Below, one piece after another: positions 35,461 through 49,958 of a stretch of 64,000 nucleotides of DNA (its first letter is position 1; each line of letters begins with the position of its first letter). The stretch covers positions 13,022,001-13,086,000 of the forward strand of contig NC_045696.1 in the NCBI RefSeq assembly GCF_009834535.1, given 5' to 3'. Source of the stretch: Camelus ferus (lineage: Eukaryota). The notes beneath the pieces were generated by a model. It ran no database searches, was not told the origin of the DNA, and saw only the letters and a program-made list of their open reading frames with translations. Both the position numbers and the translations under genes were made by a program.

Positions 35461-37994
35461 TATTTCAATGGGGTTTTAAAATAATGGTGGTTCTAGTATT
35501 AATTACTTAAAATATTATAAGATATATTTACTCTTACAAGTATAGATAACCAAGAAAAACATCAGTATGTCTTTAATAGGGGATTATAAAATCCAAATTA
35601 ATTTGGTTTTTTGGGGAGGGATTTAGCTGCAGATGAGTAAGTTTATTGAATATACAAGGTGAGTTATTGAAACTAAAATAAGGAGAAAAAAAATTATGTG
35701 TGTTTCTTCGCTGACTTCCATATTGCCATGTATTCTTACCCACTAACTCCTGCATTCTTTCAGGAGAGGGATTTACATCCACTTTTAGGCACCATCACTG
35801 CTGCAAACCCAGACAAGCCTCTCTAGGAAGAGTGCTGCTCCAGCGTGCTTCCCCATCTTCATGGACTCATGCCATCTGAGGGAGGAAGACAGCTGAAAGA
35901 TTCCAGGAAACCACCGTGGTTTTTGTAAGACTGGGCTTTCCATTTCAGGGGAAGGAGGGAGTGTGGGTGTGGTTTTGGGGAGTTGATGGGATGACTACCA
36001 ACTGCATCATCACAGGAGAAAGCAGCGGATATGTGAACTCGTTGGTCTGGTACAGTAATGAGCTGAAATTTCTAGATGCTTCTTTATGTAGAAGCTGAGT
36101 TTGTTAAATATTTGTGAGCCCAAGTTACAGAAAAACCTGTTATTACAGAACAATTGGGTGGCGTATATGTATACCATGACTGTGTTTTGAATTAAGATTC
36201 TGAATCTCGCTTTTTGCCTGAAATGTCAAGATAACTAGAAATTTCAAGAAGAAATACTGTAGTCTTTTGGTTTGAAGGGGTTAAGGCATGGCCTCTTGAA
36301 AAAAACAGTGTTTTATCTTATAAGGAAGCTGCATCCTTTTATTGAGGTTCTATTAGAGAAATTGCTTTTCAGTAGGAGGGGAGACTTTAGAAGTAGGAGG
36401 AGTTTATTACTGGTTATACTATCTTAGAACTGGTTATGTTTCCTCCTTTGATCTTGCTTTGCTTGGATGACAGAGAAAATCTGAGGCCCACTTCTGACTA
36501 CATAGAACGTTATAGAGAAATTTGTTTTTAACGTAATTTCTGTTAAATTATTTATTCTCCAATTCTTTGTTAGCTTTTACAGGAATTTATTACATATAAT
36601 AGTTCAATAAAGTGGCTATATATAAGATACATAAGATGAGAAGATTTTCTCTTTATCAGCAATAATTGGCTAGAAAATATCCTGAAAAATATCCTGAAAA
36701 AAGAGGTTTCTCATACATAATGGTAAAAACAAAAAAGCCATTTCTAAAAATGAATTCTGGTGAGAAATGGCTGAAACTTATCTAAAAATAAATAGAAAAA
36801 CTATTTTTTGAGAGATATAAAGGGAAATTTAAGAAAATGGAGCGCAGTACCCTATTCCTAAGTGGGAGGGAAGAGTCTATTAGTCAGTGTGGCTCCTGTA
36901 ACAAAAGACCCCAGACGGGGTGGCTTTCACAACAGAGATGTATTTTCTCAGAATTCTGAAGCTGGAAGACCAGAGTGCCAGCAGGGCTGGTTTCTGGGGA
37001 GGCTTCTCTCGTTGGCTTCTAGGCAGCCAGCCTCTAACTGTGTCCTCACGTGGCCTTTGCTCCATGTGCTCCCAGAGACATTGGGTGAAGGATAATTGGG
37101 TGAAGGCCTTGCAGCTGTGACAGTATATGGCTTGCTTTACCCAGGATTTATTTTTGCTTGTAAATAAGTCAATGTCTTACAGTGATTTTAACATGGGGAA
37201 AGGGCCACACTACTACACTTTCAAATGCATTTTGCTCTAGCCTTCTTTGTCTCGCTCTATTTTCAGCAGTTTGTCAGCACTCACTGCATGGTATCTTTTT
37301 TCCTTTCCAGCCATAGGTGGCAGCACATCACTGCCTACGATCAGATAAACCGGCCGAGTTTTTGTAAGTCAGAGATTTCTGGTTAGGAGAGAGCAGCTAA
37401 TGAGTCATCAGTCTGAGCTGAATGACAAATTAATGTCTTCATTAAGTGAACTCACTGGCTTCCTTTACAAACAAGGTCAGAGTATTTATAACCTGGCGCA
37501 TTTCATAAAGCCAAATCCATCTACACGGGTAGGAACCCATGATTTATCCGCATGAAGCATATGCAAAATCTCACTTGGGAAACCATCTTTAATAAGGATG
37601 GGAACCATTCTGATGCAATCATTAATAAAAGGCACCCTTGCGACATAGCCTCATTTTTATCAGACAAGGTAAATGAAAAAGTGATTATCTCAAACAGGTG
37701 CCACCGTTACAAGATGGTATTGGGTGGCCTGTTCCAAACTGAGTCCTTAGTCATAAAAATAAAGCACGGTCCTTACTGATCAAATATACCTGCTGCCATT
37801 TAGGCTGGAAGGAAACTTACTTCACGTTTAGAGTATATTGCACAGATTCAGTTTCATTACCGTCTACTGTATGTCACATTTTAAGTGAATCAAGTGCTTA
37901 ATTTTGCCATCATTGTCAGAGAACTATGTGGGAAGTTCAGAAACTCTTCTCAAAAAGTGACCAGGTGTCAGGGACCTGGTGAATTTCTGGTTCT

Positions 37995-38333
37995 AGAACA
38001 GTGCCGCACAAGAGAAATATAAAGCACGCCGCAAATACGAGTACATGTGCAATTTAAAATTTTCTAGAAGCCACGTTGAGAAATGTAAAAAGGAAGAGAT
38101 GAAATTAATTCTAATTCTGAATTATATTTTATTTAACCCAATATATCAAAAATATGCAGCAGGTAATCAATAGAAAGGTTGTGGAGGTATTGGGCATTCT
38201 TTTTTCACTCTATGTGTTTGAACTCTGGTGTCTATTTTACACTCACAGCTCATCTCCGTTCAGATGAGCCACGTTTCAAGTGCTCAATATGCGTGTGTGG
38301 CCCATGGGCCCCGTAATGTCCAGCTCAGCTCTA
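37995..38333. mobile_element. MER33-like hAT-Charlie element
   Basis: aatttaaaattttctagaagccacg...tatattttatttaacccaatatatcaaaaatat...gccacgtttcaagtgctcaata. Confidence 0.8.
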
Positions 38334-38347
38334 AAGACTTAGTATCC

Positions 38348-38755
38348 GTTGTGGGCTGAAATATGTCACCTTAAAATTCAGCTGTTGAAGATCTAACCTC
38401 CAGGACCTCAGGATGTGACCTTATTTGGAGATGAGGATTTCACAGAGGTGATCAAGTTAAAATAAGGCCATTAAGATGCACCTTAATCTGAAACGACTGG
38501 GGTCCTTATGAAATAAGGGAATTCGGAGACAGACTCACACAAGGGGAGGGCATCACGTGATGATGAAGACCGAGTCAGGGTGATCGCCAGGAGCACCAAA
38601 AGTTGCCAACAACCACCAGAAGCCGGTGGAGAGGCCTAGAACACATTCTCCCTCACAGCCCTCAGAAGGAACGGATCCTGCTGTCACCTCGGTCTTGGAC
38701 TTCTAGCCTCCAGAACTGTGAGACAATAAGTTTCTGTTGTTTAAGCCACATAGTT
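38348..38755 (+). mobile_element. MaLR LTR (MLT1B/C-like)
   Basis: tgtgggctgaa...gatgtgaccttatttggagat...ttggacttctagcctccagaactgtgagacaataagtttctgttgtttaagccac. Confidence 0.85.
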
Positions 38756-40879
38756 TTCAGGGAAACGAATCCACTTCCTGCTGTGGGTAGAGGTCCCTTT
38801 GATCTGTAACTCTGCAGCCTGCCTTTTCTTGCCTTGAATCTTTTCTTCCCTCTTCCTGTGCTGTCTCCTCTGCTCCCAGCTCCCTCTCATGGAATCTCCT
38901 AGACTCTCCCTCCCACTGTATACATGGAGGCTGGGGGTTTCCCCTGCAGTAAGGATGAAAGGGGTGCATCCTGAGCAGTGAGGGAAGAAGCCTGAATTGC
39001 TTCAGGTCTCTAATGGGGGGCAGGGGAGGGGGGATGTTCCCCTCCTAGACCTGCTCGCATGCAGGTCGAGAGCTGATGGAGAAAGTGTTTTGAAAACCAT
39101 AAATAACTGCATAGATGAGAATGGGTATTTTGAGGATGGGATGCAGTATTTCTCAAATTATTTTGATTTCTCCTCCCTGTAATTATCTGGGCTCCCCACT
39201 TTGCAGAAGGAAATGAATGAAAGGGGGAAAAGGCTCTGATCCTTTCCTGCCATCTGGTAGTCGTGGGCTCCTATTGGTTGTCTCTCCAGCCAGTGCAGAA
39301 GCACCCTCTCCCCCACTCACAAACCACGTCCCACCCCATCTCTGGAAGGCCCCAATGTGTGTGTATATACGTATATGTGTGTGTACGCACACACACAGAT
39401 TCTAATAGTTGTTTCTCTTTCTCTGGAGAACCTTGACTAATACATCCATGTCCATGTTCATTCATGGCAAGGGGTCATAAATGCTTAAAAAAAAAGGGAA
39501 AGGAGGAGACCTCTAGCACTTAACCTGATTTCGTTCTGCAAATATCAAAAGTGGCATCAACATATGCCCACAGCTATCATAGCAACATGACCTTTAAATT
39601 CTTTAGCAGTAGGATCCTAAGGGACCCCCCAATTTCAGCCTTTGCTTTGTTCTAGCCCCATCCCAGCTGTTTCTACTAAGTACTCAATTTTCTGCAGGTG
39701 GTTCTCAACTCATAATGGGTCTAAGAAGAGGCCATGGGGGGATTATGTCAGTAGAACTTTTCCCGGAAATAATAAAATTTGGAAATGATTTTTGTCTGCT
39801 TCATAACTGACAGCCTTGACCTTCGGAATGGCCTTCCCGAGGGAGACCAGTGTGTCCACCTCAGTTCTTTCCACCTGGTTCCCTTAGGTGCTTGGGTTTC
39901 AAATGCTGTTGTGTTTTTTCCTAGACAGGAGCTGGCATTGCCTTCCCTGCTGCAAATGTCATTCCCGGGGGTCCCGTTCTTGGTGTTCCTCCTGCGATTG
40001 TGGATGGGTTTCTTTAGAAGCAGCCATCTGATGTTCCAGGGTCCTGGACTCTGTTATGCTGAGTCTTGCTCACCAGAGATCACCCCTGTGGTTTTTCCTC
40101 CACCCTTGGAACCAGAAGGCATGTGACACCCTCCTCTTTGGGCTCTCCCTTACTGTGGGTCTTAATCCTCGTTCTGTTTAATCTTTGTACTGTTTCTTTC
40201 TCCTTTGCCTCACTTTTCTAGCTAGTTTCCTTCTATATCTTCTTCCACCAGTTCAGTTCATGTTAGCCCTCTGCATTTGAGACCAAATAGTAGTTTATTC
40301 TAATCCCTTTCTGGGGCTGATGCTGGTGTCCAGATGGCAACAAGAAGATATTAAACCTTTTAACCTGTGACTTGAAAGACAATGCTCTCTATTTCCCTGG
40401 GAAAACAATTCTTGTTTTTCTCAGTTGGGTAAAATCATACTTTAAAAAATTATATTTCTTTCTTACTTAGATTTAAAAATCTGCTTATTAGCCAATACAC
40501 TTAATTTTTTTTTTTTATCTGAAGAAATATTACTGTTTGTTAGAGTTTGGGTAAATGTTGTTTTTGTTTCTTCTTCTTTTCCTTTTTCTTTCTCTCTACT
40601 CCCTGGCAATAATGGAGATTTAAATAATATATAGTTTTATTATTTACTATATTAACTAAGCTCACTTTTTATGTTCATTTTAAAACATGGGTGACTGAAA
40701 TATTTTAAATTTGACTCTTAAAAAAATAAAGGCATATTAGTGAGTAGAAGGTTATCATTTTTGTCTGACAACCAGTACCAGAACCCAGTTCTCAAAATAC
40801 CTAAATACATGGTGACAGATGTGAGACTCCGAAACAAGCTGAGTGAGAACATTCTTCCCTGGGACTTTTCAAACTATAG

Positions 40880-41380
40880 TTGGGAGAGAGAAGGTGCCTG
40901 TATTAGTTACCTGTTGCTGCATAACAAATACCCATAAAATTGAAGTGGCTCAAAACTGTGAGCATTTATTTAGCTCACACATTTGCTGGTCTGCTGGGCA
41001 GGCTCTGCAGCTCTCATCTGGGCTCACTCAGGTACCATTAGGCTGGAACTGAATGGACTGATTTAGGCTGTGGTAGCTGGGGTGTCTCTGGTCCAGACAG
41101 CAGGTTTGCATATCTGTTGCATGTGTCTCTTACCTTCCAGCAGACTAGCTGGGGAATGTTCCACAAGACAGCAAGTGAGGACATGCAAAGTCTCAGAGAC
41201 CTAGCCTCAGAAGTGGCACATTGTCATTTCTTCCCAAATATTATTGGCCAAACAAGTCACATGGACCAGCCAAAAGCCTGGGCAGAAGTATACACCACCC
41301 ATGAGCAGGCCATGGCTAGTGTGTGGATACATGGAGGGGTGAAGAATTGGGACCAGTCCCAATCCTTCTACCACAGCTCT
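40880..41380 (-). mobile_element. MaLR LTR (older MLT1)
   Basis: tgtattagttacctgttgctgcataacaaatacccataaaatt...ttattggccaaacaagtcacatg. Confidence 0.7.
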
Positions 41381-42989
41381 TGTCCTCTTTAGGTGTGGAG
41401 CTGTTGGGAATGAACTCTGTATGTCTATAGCAGGAGAAGATGAAACCAAAGTCTAGACAGAAGGAGATGGGAAAGAGTTCTAATAATAGTTCTGTTCTTG
41501 ATAGGTCTCTGGTGATGCTCAGATATTATACTTCTGAGCTTTTCTTATTATGATGTGGGCTACCCAGAGCTCTTCAAACTCCTTCTTGCATAAATTCGTA
41601 TATGTTTGGTTTCTGTTACTTGTACCTTATCAACCACATATACTATTTGTCTATATCAGAGGGCCTTTATATAAAAAGAAGCTTTCTTTATCCTAGCGCA
41701 AAGTTTTTTAGGTTTACTTTTGGGGAGTTAAAATCTCTTCACATTAGAAGTAAACCTTAATACCTGTATTTCACAGGAGTTCATAAGTTTATCAAGTTAA
41801 ACTGGACTACAAAAGTTTCAAATAAAATGTTACCTAATATCTAATAAAACTATTTATAATCAGTATAAATTGAGAAAGACATAAAAACAATTCACATGAG
41901 ATAACACTATTGATATTTTTAACCCAGGAATTTTATCCCTGGAAATTTACCTCAGTAAAATAATCTAATGGAAGCAAAGATCCGTATGCATGAACCAGTT
42001 TATGACAACCTCGTTCATAATAATAAATAAAGCAAACTATCTAAATTAAGAGAATGCTGTAATGAATTATGTCAGTTTATCAAGATACAGTTTTTAACTA
42101 CATTAATCAAGACAATTAGATAAAATATTGAAATATATTAATGATGCAAGTGAAAAGGCAGAACATAAAATAACATGTACACAATATTCAAATTATGTAT
42201 ATATGATCACCCCAGAACTACCCACTTCACGCATATACACCCACATCCACAATGAGCACAACACACACAGAGTCATTTTCTTGTTGTGTGCAATGGAAAC
42301 AAATTGTATTTTGAATCTACCTGGAATTTTGTCTGGCTCAGATAAAAGATACTCAACATCTTTGAGTAAACTTACTCTTCAATGAGCTCATTGTTTATGC
42401 CAAGTCAAAATTCTGTCTTAGAATCAAGAGACTGGAACTACACATGCTAATCAACTCAAAATAAAATTGTCAGAGCTGAATTCATTGTGGGCAGAGTTGA
42501 ATCTCTGTGGGATTAGGATGGTGGTATTGTGCACAAGGATGTGGTGGGTTTTATCCTGTCAGTGAGGAAAAGGAGGGCTGGGAAGTGTACTCTGAGTCCT
42601 GAAGGCTCACGGTGGTAGGTGGGCAGAAAGAAAGCCAGTGGAGGGGCGTGACTGACAGACTCAACTCAAGGAGCAGTGATATTTCCTATCGAGTACTATT
42701 GCTTTCTTCTTCTCCATTAAAATTTCCTTATTATTCTCAAGGCTTCAATAAATCATCTTAAATACTCATCCAGGTATTTGCTTAACTTTTAGGAATTAAG
42801 GGAAGGGCTTGCAATGCTCCTTGAATACAGCAAGAGCCTGGCTTGCATAGAAGAATGATAAAAGGTGTAGTGGAGATCTGAGGGGAAGTCCCTGGAGCAT
42901 GGGCTATTCTAGAATGGGAGTTAGGTTGTGGACCCCATAAGAATTCCATTGGTATGGTAGACCATGTTTTGGTTTTCCAAAGATCTTAT

Positions 42990-43835
42990 TTTTCCTCTAT
43001 CTTTTGCTGTGAGAGGATTTTACTTTCCTACTATGCTGAGTTCAGGAGAGGCCATTTGACTTGCTGTAGCCAATGAAATGCGGGTAGAAGGGACATGTAT
43101 CATTTCTGGGCAGAAACACTCGAATTAGTGCCTATTTCCCCCGTGTATCCCCTCCCTCAGCCCTGGATCTGATGACATTCCAGTTGGTGCTGCTCCATTA
43201 CCCTGGGTCCTGGGGTGCAGGTGAAGGGGTCCAAGCCACAGCTGACTTTCCTTTGACTTGTTGTATTGGTATGATGGTTAATTTTATGTGTCAACTTGAG
43301 TAGATCACAGGGTGCCCACATATTTGACTAAACATCATTTCTGGGTTTGTCTGTGAGAGTGTTTCCAGATGAGATTAGCATTTGAATCATGGGACCCAGT
43401 GAAGTAGATGGCTTTCCTCACTGTGGGTGGATATCATCCAACCTGAATAGAGCCTGAATAGCAAGAGGAGAAAGGAGGCATTCTCCCATTTTCTCTGTCT
43501 GTTCTTGAGCTGGGGTATCTCATCTCATCTCTTCTCCTGTCCTTGGACTGGGATTTATACCATGAGCCCTCTTGGTTTTCAGGCTTTCATCCTCAAACTG
43601 AACTATACAATCAGTTTTCCTGGGTCTCCAGCTTTCAGATTTGAGGATATCTCAGATTCCATAATCATGTGAGCCAGTTTTTCATCTATCTATCTATCTA
43701 TCCATCCGTCCATCTAGGATTTGTTCTGTTTCTCTGGAAAACCATGACTGATACAGTAAACATTTGTAGCTACAAGCCACTGAAACTTCAGGGTTGTGTG
43801 TTACTGCAGCACAACCTGGCCTATCCTGACTCATA
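42990..43835 (+). mobile_element. MLT1-family LTR interrupted by an MLT2 (ERVL) LTR at ~43270-43755
   Basis: MLT1: gacttgctgtagccaatgaaatg ... aagccactgaaacttcagggttgtgtgttactgcagcacaacctggcctatcctgact. MLT2: atgatggttaattttatgtgtcaacttg ... ttctgtttctctggaaaaccatgactgataca. Confidence 0.8.
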
Positions 43836-45294
43836 CCATGGGATTCTTCACAAACACAAAGGAAGAATATGGAAGACTGAACCTCCTGTGCCATCCACTA
43901 GGGGAAGTTGATCTGTATTATTTGGTACCTGTAGACTGCAGACCTATGAACCTTTGGATTTTGCTTTGACTTGTACTTGCACCTGAATTATCATGTTCAG
44001 GAGAAGGAGTATATTTTTACTCTTTTGAAATGTCTTTTTCTCCCTTTTTCTCCACATAAGTGGTGCATTTGTCAACTCACCAGCTTCAATCTCACCTTCT
44101 GTCTCTGATTTTTTTCCCCTTAAGTAATATTCAGGGACTCTAGTGATAGCTGTGTAGTGAGCAGCATACTCAAACTAATTCAGAGACAGTGTTCGATAAA
44201 CTTTGGTTTGATTTTTATAGAATTGTCAAAAACTTAATTTGAGAAAACGCACTTTCGACAAAACCTGAGAGTTTCTGTCTCACCAATTTTCCAAAGTTGT
44301 ATATTCAAGTATCATGTTTTAAGTGAAATAATTTGGATTTTAGGCTGATACCTTCAAATACATGAAGAACAATCCACACAGTTCCACAAGAGCAGGGGCC
44401 CAGATTAATTAGAAAGGCCTCATTAGTTCCAGTGGAGGTGGGGTTGATGGGAACATCCCACTGACAACGGAGGAGTCACTGCACCGGGATGGGTAGCCTG
44501 AAGCTTCACTCAGCAGGCAGTCCCATAAATACTTTAATTGCTCACTCTTCTGCCCAGGTGTCTCTTGGTAAAGGCAAGCAGAGGAACCAAAGCAATTACC
44601 CAGATAATTAAGGAAAAACAAACCTGTGTGTGGCAAGTAACTTGGAGAGCTTCCACTAAATTTTCCAGGCAACCATTTAAATTCTCTGCCTCCCTGTTGT
44701 CAGCAGGAATGTGATCTGGCTCACAAGAGCTACTCTGACAATTAGAATGCTCTCAGTTGGTAAATATTGCTTCCTGGGAACTCCTGTACTCATCAGTCTA
44801 GAGTTTGAAATGGCTCCGCGAGATTTCAGGGCTGTGTTGTTCCCACTGATTCATGGCAAGACCCCCAGTCACTGCTCTGAAAATGTTAGGCTGTTTGTGA
44901 AACTTTGGTGGGCAGCTTCTGGCAACTCCTGTTTTGTGATTCTAGGTAAGATGAGACCTGTACCCTCCCAGGCTGGGCAAATGAGATTCCAGTTGTGATG
45001 GAGGCCAAGGAAGAAGATTTACTGTCAGTCTCTGTACGAGGCATTTGCTGTATCTTATCTCCAACACCTTCCAGTGAGGCAGGTCCTGCTACCCTCACTT
45101 TAGAGACAAGAAAATGGAGCCTCCACCAGGCACACAGCTGGTGAGTGACAAAACTAGAATTTCCACCAGATCTTTTTGATCACAAAGTTCTCTCCCCTCC
45201 CCCAGTGGCTCTGGGAGAATCTAGGGCACACATGTTTTTAAAAAGCTCATGGTTGTTTCTCATGTCAGTGGGATTGGAAACTGTATATTAAGAC

Positions 45295-45482
45295 AATAGT
45301 TCTTAATGCTTAGCATGCGTTAGAATCACCTATAAGACATGTAAATACACAGATGTCTGGCACCACACCTGGGGAATCTGTCTGATTCAGGTTGGGTTGG
45401 GGCCTGAATATTTGCACTTCTAACAAGTTCCCAAGTGATGGTGCTGTTGGACCCAGGGACGGCACTGTGAGACCCACCACTA
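45295..45482. mobile_element. MER5A-like DNA transposon remnant
   Basis: tagaatcacct...ggggcctgaatatttgcacttctaacaagttcccaagtgatg. Confidence 0.8.
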
Positions 45483-48400
45483 CATTCAGGAATTCAGAGA
45501 GATGTGAAAATCAACATAACGGGAGCGAAATCAGATGTCTGTAAAGTCACCGTAGAGGGAATGGTTGAGAATAAGTCCTGACTAATTATAAAACTAACAT
45601 GTTCTAGAGACAATATGCCTATCATAGTCGGAAGAGAGGCATTAAATAATGGGGCAGAAAACGTATCTGACAGCTTCCATCTGAAAGGAGGGAGTGATGA
45701 AATGGTCAATTTCTACCTTTCTTTCTGATTCTCTGATCCAAGCAAACTTAAGCATATGAATTCAGTTAACTTAATTTATTTGATTAATTTTTTCCTGGTG
45801 TCTGATATCTGAAGAATGGTTTCGGGCAGGGTTATTTTTCAGGACTACCACTTTGCCTAATCCCTGTGGGTGCCATTCATAATGAATTGTGTGTAAATGG
45901 TGCCCCCTGGAGGAGTGGAAAATAATATCACCCTTTCTAAGCGAAGGCTCTAGCATTGCTACTTAAGCATGATTTGTGTGCCCCCAGAGTCTCCTCTCAC
46001 ATTAAACCAGCAAAACTGAGGACCAGTCCCAGGAACCTATGAGAAGGCTCTCTCCAAGAGTCCTGCTCTTGAGAAAGGTTTTCCTCAGCAATATTGCAAG
46101 TGACCCAGGACCTAAAATTCTTGAAACAAGTGAAGATGGTAGGAGAAGGTGGTTCACAAATCCAAATGCTATCACGATGTGTATTTTCCGTCTCTGTTTT
46201 GTGGAGATACAATTATTTCAGGATTTGACTTACAAAGTGGGAATCGTGACTGAAACTTTTGGATGGGTATTAGACACTTCTTATTGTCCCCTTGTGTCTA
46301 GAAAATGGGACATCCAGGAGGGCCAGGCATTTTCCCATCTCTCCTCTGCTCCCATATCTAGAAACAAGATTCTCCCAAAAGTCCCTCATTCCTCAAGATC
46401 TATGGGGAGCCCAGTGACTCAGTGGAGGAGCTCAAAGAACAAATGTGTCTTCATGAGAGAGCAAGAAGTCTTTGATTCAAACCCTTTGATATAAAAGCGT
46501 TATTCTGCCATGAGCATGAATCCCTAAAGAGGCTTTCCATAGCATCCATGATGCTCCTTGTCTCATGACCCTCTTCCCGCCATTGGAAGGTCAAACTTCT
46601 TCTTTGTGTCAATGCTTTTTTATGACATGCAAGTTTTCCAAGAATACCTGTATTCAAAGCATAGGTCTACCGCTTAACAGCTATGCATTCTTACTTAACC
46701 TTCCTGGGCGTCTCTTTCCTTATTTGTGGGATGATTGTAAGGATTATGGATAGAGAAATATAGGTTGATAAAGCAGAGAGCAGTGACTGACACATCCTTG
46801 CATCTATAAATGTTACTTGTTACTCTTATTATTCAGACACACTTATTAAGAACTTCTGGATGATTGGTACAAGTTGGGTGTTTAAGGGACTGGAACATAT
46901 TTAAGTAGTGGAGGCAGTATTGAGGTGTCCAGCCCATGTTCAATGGGTAGAGCTACAAAGCCATCGAGGGTGTTTAGGTAAGAGAACAAGTGGAGAGGTG
47001 TGAGCTCCAGAGGAGAGAACTCATCTGGAAGGTAGGTAATCAGGAATTTATGATTCCAGTCCAGCGATAAAGAAGGAACTGTGAGGGAGGCGTGTTTTGG
47101 AGAGAAGAGAACAAATGTGGTCCATGCTCCTGGGCTCCAGATTCTCCTCTCCCTCTTAAGGGTCACCTCCCTCTAAGGAGAGTTGTTTGCACTGCTGGTT
47201 GTAGACCACGAGGGTCCAGAAATCTATTTATATGAGCTGTGACCAACATTAAAAAAAAACGGACAGAATATAAAATACCAGTGTCCAATTCATTACACAT
47301 GGTGAGTAGATACTGCTTTACTCAACTTTAATCAGGTATGCAGGTATGCGTGTATAGGGTCATGATGTAAAATGTGTTTTTTACTGTGGGTCAAGGAACA
47401 AGGAATTTGAAACTCACCACTCTGGTGTATTTCCTGGGCTGGGGAGTGGTGGGGAGAGTTTTCTCATGTCTATACTTGCAGGGTTCTCTTTATCTATTCT
47501 CCAGGCTGTTTTTTTCTCCCCAGCCTTTTTTGAGCCAAAGCAGATACCTAGTTACTGCCCTTCTAAGTGGGGGCCTGGGGCTCAGGACACCTTCTTGTGG
47601 GATCTTACTACCTCTGCAAAATCACAGAGGGGATCGTGAAGGGAATCTGTTCCCCTCTGTTATCATCTTTATGGTCCAGTCCCTCACTTATTTCAAGCTT
47701 TTTATTAAAGTGTTAGGGAAACTATGAGAGAAATAATTTAAACTGTGCCACTTAACTTTACTTTTCCTGAAGTCCAAGGAGAGAGCATCCTGGAATTTAA
47801 ATCTTGTGCAGGGGTCACTTCCTAGATGCTCCTGGTTTATCATTGTGATTCCCTGACCTCAGGGCCACATCCCTCGCTGCTGAGGGCTCTTATTGTAATT
47901 CAAAATCTGCAAGTATTTATTCTTTTTTGGGGGAAAATTCTGCCTTGTACTCATGGAGTTCCACATCTCCCCCCACCTAAATTTACTTCTAAATATTAAA
48001 AAAAAAAAAAAAAAAGGCAAGTCAAGTTTAAACTATCTTTCAGAGCCAGTACAATGCTGCCTGTCTCCTTCCCTCCTCCCAGCACTGGCCTTGCTTTTCC
48101 AAGGGGACTTACAGGAAGGAGAAAGCTTTGTCTGCTTTTTTGCTCCTTACTCCTGATTTCTCAGGGCACCTTTCTCCTCGATTGCAGAGGGGGGATAGAA
48201 AGGGATCAATCTAACATTCCTGATGTGCACTGGCCATATCTTGGCTATTGCTTCTCAGGTCGAGATGGCCCAAGTATAGATGCCCACCTAAGGGCGAGCA
48301 TCCCAGCTTGCTTCCTTGTTGGGGTACATGTGTGAGTTCTTTAAGGAACCTTCAGGATGAGAGCAGGGCTCCACCCCTTGTTTCCATCTAGTTCCCTAAT

Positions 48401-49910
48401 GTGAGAGATTAACTCTAGCTCAGCCTCTTTCGAATCCCACCCCAGCTTTCACCGCCAGGAATACACCCTGCCGCTTCCCACCACTGGGGACCCTGACCCT
48501 ATAGGTAGCCTTCTTGTTTGGGGTACGACAAGATGGCTCAAGACCAGCTGCCTTCTGCAGCGTCCGTCTGAGTCACAGGAAATCAGGTTTCACTGAAACA
48601 CCACATGGCAGGAAGGAGGGCTGTTTCCCCCGCTGCTGGCCTTTCTCTCTGCTGTCTCAGTTGCCCGCTCTCCTGCTCAGAGAGGCTTGGAGAATGGACA
48701 GATCAGCAGGTCAGCTCCATAAGCCAGTGTCCCCCTGTGGATCAAGATGCTCATCTCCTCTTGTTTCTGACACCCCAGTGTCTGTGAGTGCTCCCCTTTC
48801 TTCCTCCATGGAAAACACTGAAGCTCTTTACTCTCTGCTGGTGACTCGCAACAAGCAATCTCTCCTTTCTCCCCTCTTCCTGGTCTTCTCCTTGTCTGGG
48901 ATGGGAGGAGTGGTTGGGAGCAGCACAGGAGTTAAATCTGGTCTATTGAAACATCGTGGAGGGGTTCATGCCTCCAGCTGTTGGCAGCTGTCTTCAGAAA
49001 GGGAGGTTCTTGATGTATCTTTGCCTTCTGCTCCAGGTCTTGGTCACCAATTTTGAGAGAAGAAAGTTAGTATCCTTGACAACTCACTGCCTGTGGGACG
49101 AGGGATCCACATCATTTACCCTATCCCTAGTTTAAAGAGTCAAGTTGAAAGGCTCTGAAACTCAAATTTTGAACTGTGCGTAAGCAAGCCTGAACACACT
49201 GCCAAGAGATGGTGTCTTTTCTTTAGAGAAAAGCTGGTCCGGTGGGACAGAGGTCTGTGGACTTGAGGGTGGACATGGTTCATACGGCAGCTGCAACACT
49301 GTTCCCTTGCAGATAGATTTCAGAATCAAAAGGGGAAACTGAAAATGCACAAAAGGAGAGGAGGGATTCCCCTTTTCCAGAATAGGCAAATCTATCTTGA
49401 TTTCTTATAGATTTTCATTAAATAGAAGTAAATAGGAAAAAATTCATGCCACAATTACTCTTGGTACAGTTTTATTTTTAGAAATTGCAGAATTTATGGG
49501 ATTTCAAACATTCACCAGTAATAAAAGGTATTTTTAAAGTGCCTCTATATTATTTGGCCATTTTAGTAAATAATTTATCATACTTGTGGGATATTAAATG
49601 TGAATTTGGAATATTTTTTCTCCAAATAACATCTGTTAATTTACCACCATAGAAATAGACTTAGGTATTATGAAAAATTCAAACAGTAAACAAGCAACAT
49701 TAAATGCTACCCGCCTCCTTTTTTTTTTTTTTTTTAACTGAAGTAGATATTGCCTTGGAAGGATGCTGGAGTGGAAAGTAACATATGAAGTGGTAAGGAC
49801 AGTGTCTCTGCTCTGAGCACACACCAAGGAATACTCCTGTAATGTCTATCACCAGGACCTCTTGGCCAAGTCAGGGGGTAACTCTCACGTTATCAATGAG
49901 ATAATGAGAT

Positions 49911-49958
49911 ATTCATTCTGGTAGCTTAAGTTCTCTCACTGAAGCTACCAGAATGAAT
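49911..49958. repeat. Perfect 17-bp inverted repeat
   Basis: ATTCATTCTGGTAGCTT (49911-49927) and AAGCTACCAGAATGAAT (49942-49958). Confidence 0.97.

Noticed and set aside
46039..46494. 151-aa ORF
   Set aside because: No domain, splice structure or coding-like composition; length is compatible with chance in 64 kb.
48514..49056. 180-aa ORF
   Set aside because: TTG start, Ser/Leu-rich composition typical of non-coding DNA, no homology recognised.
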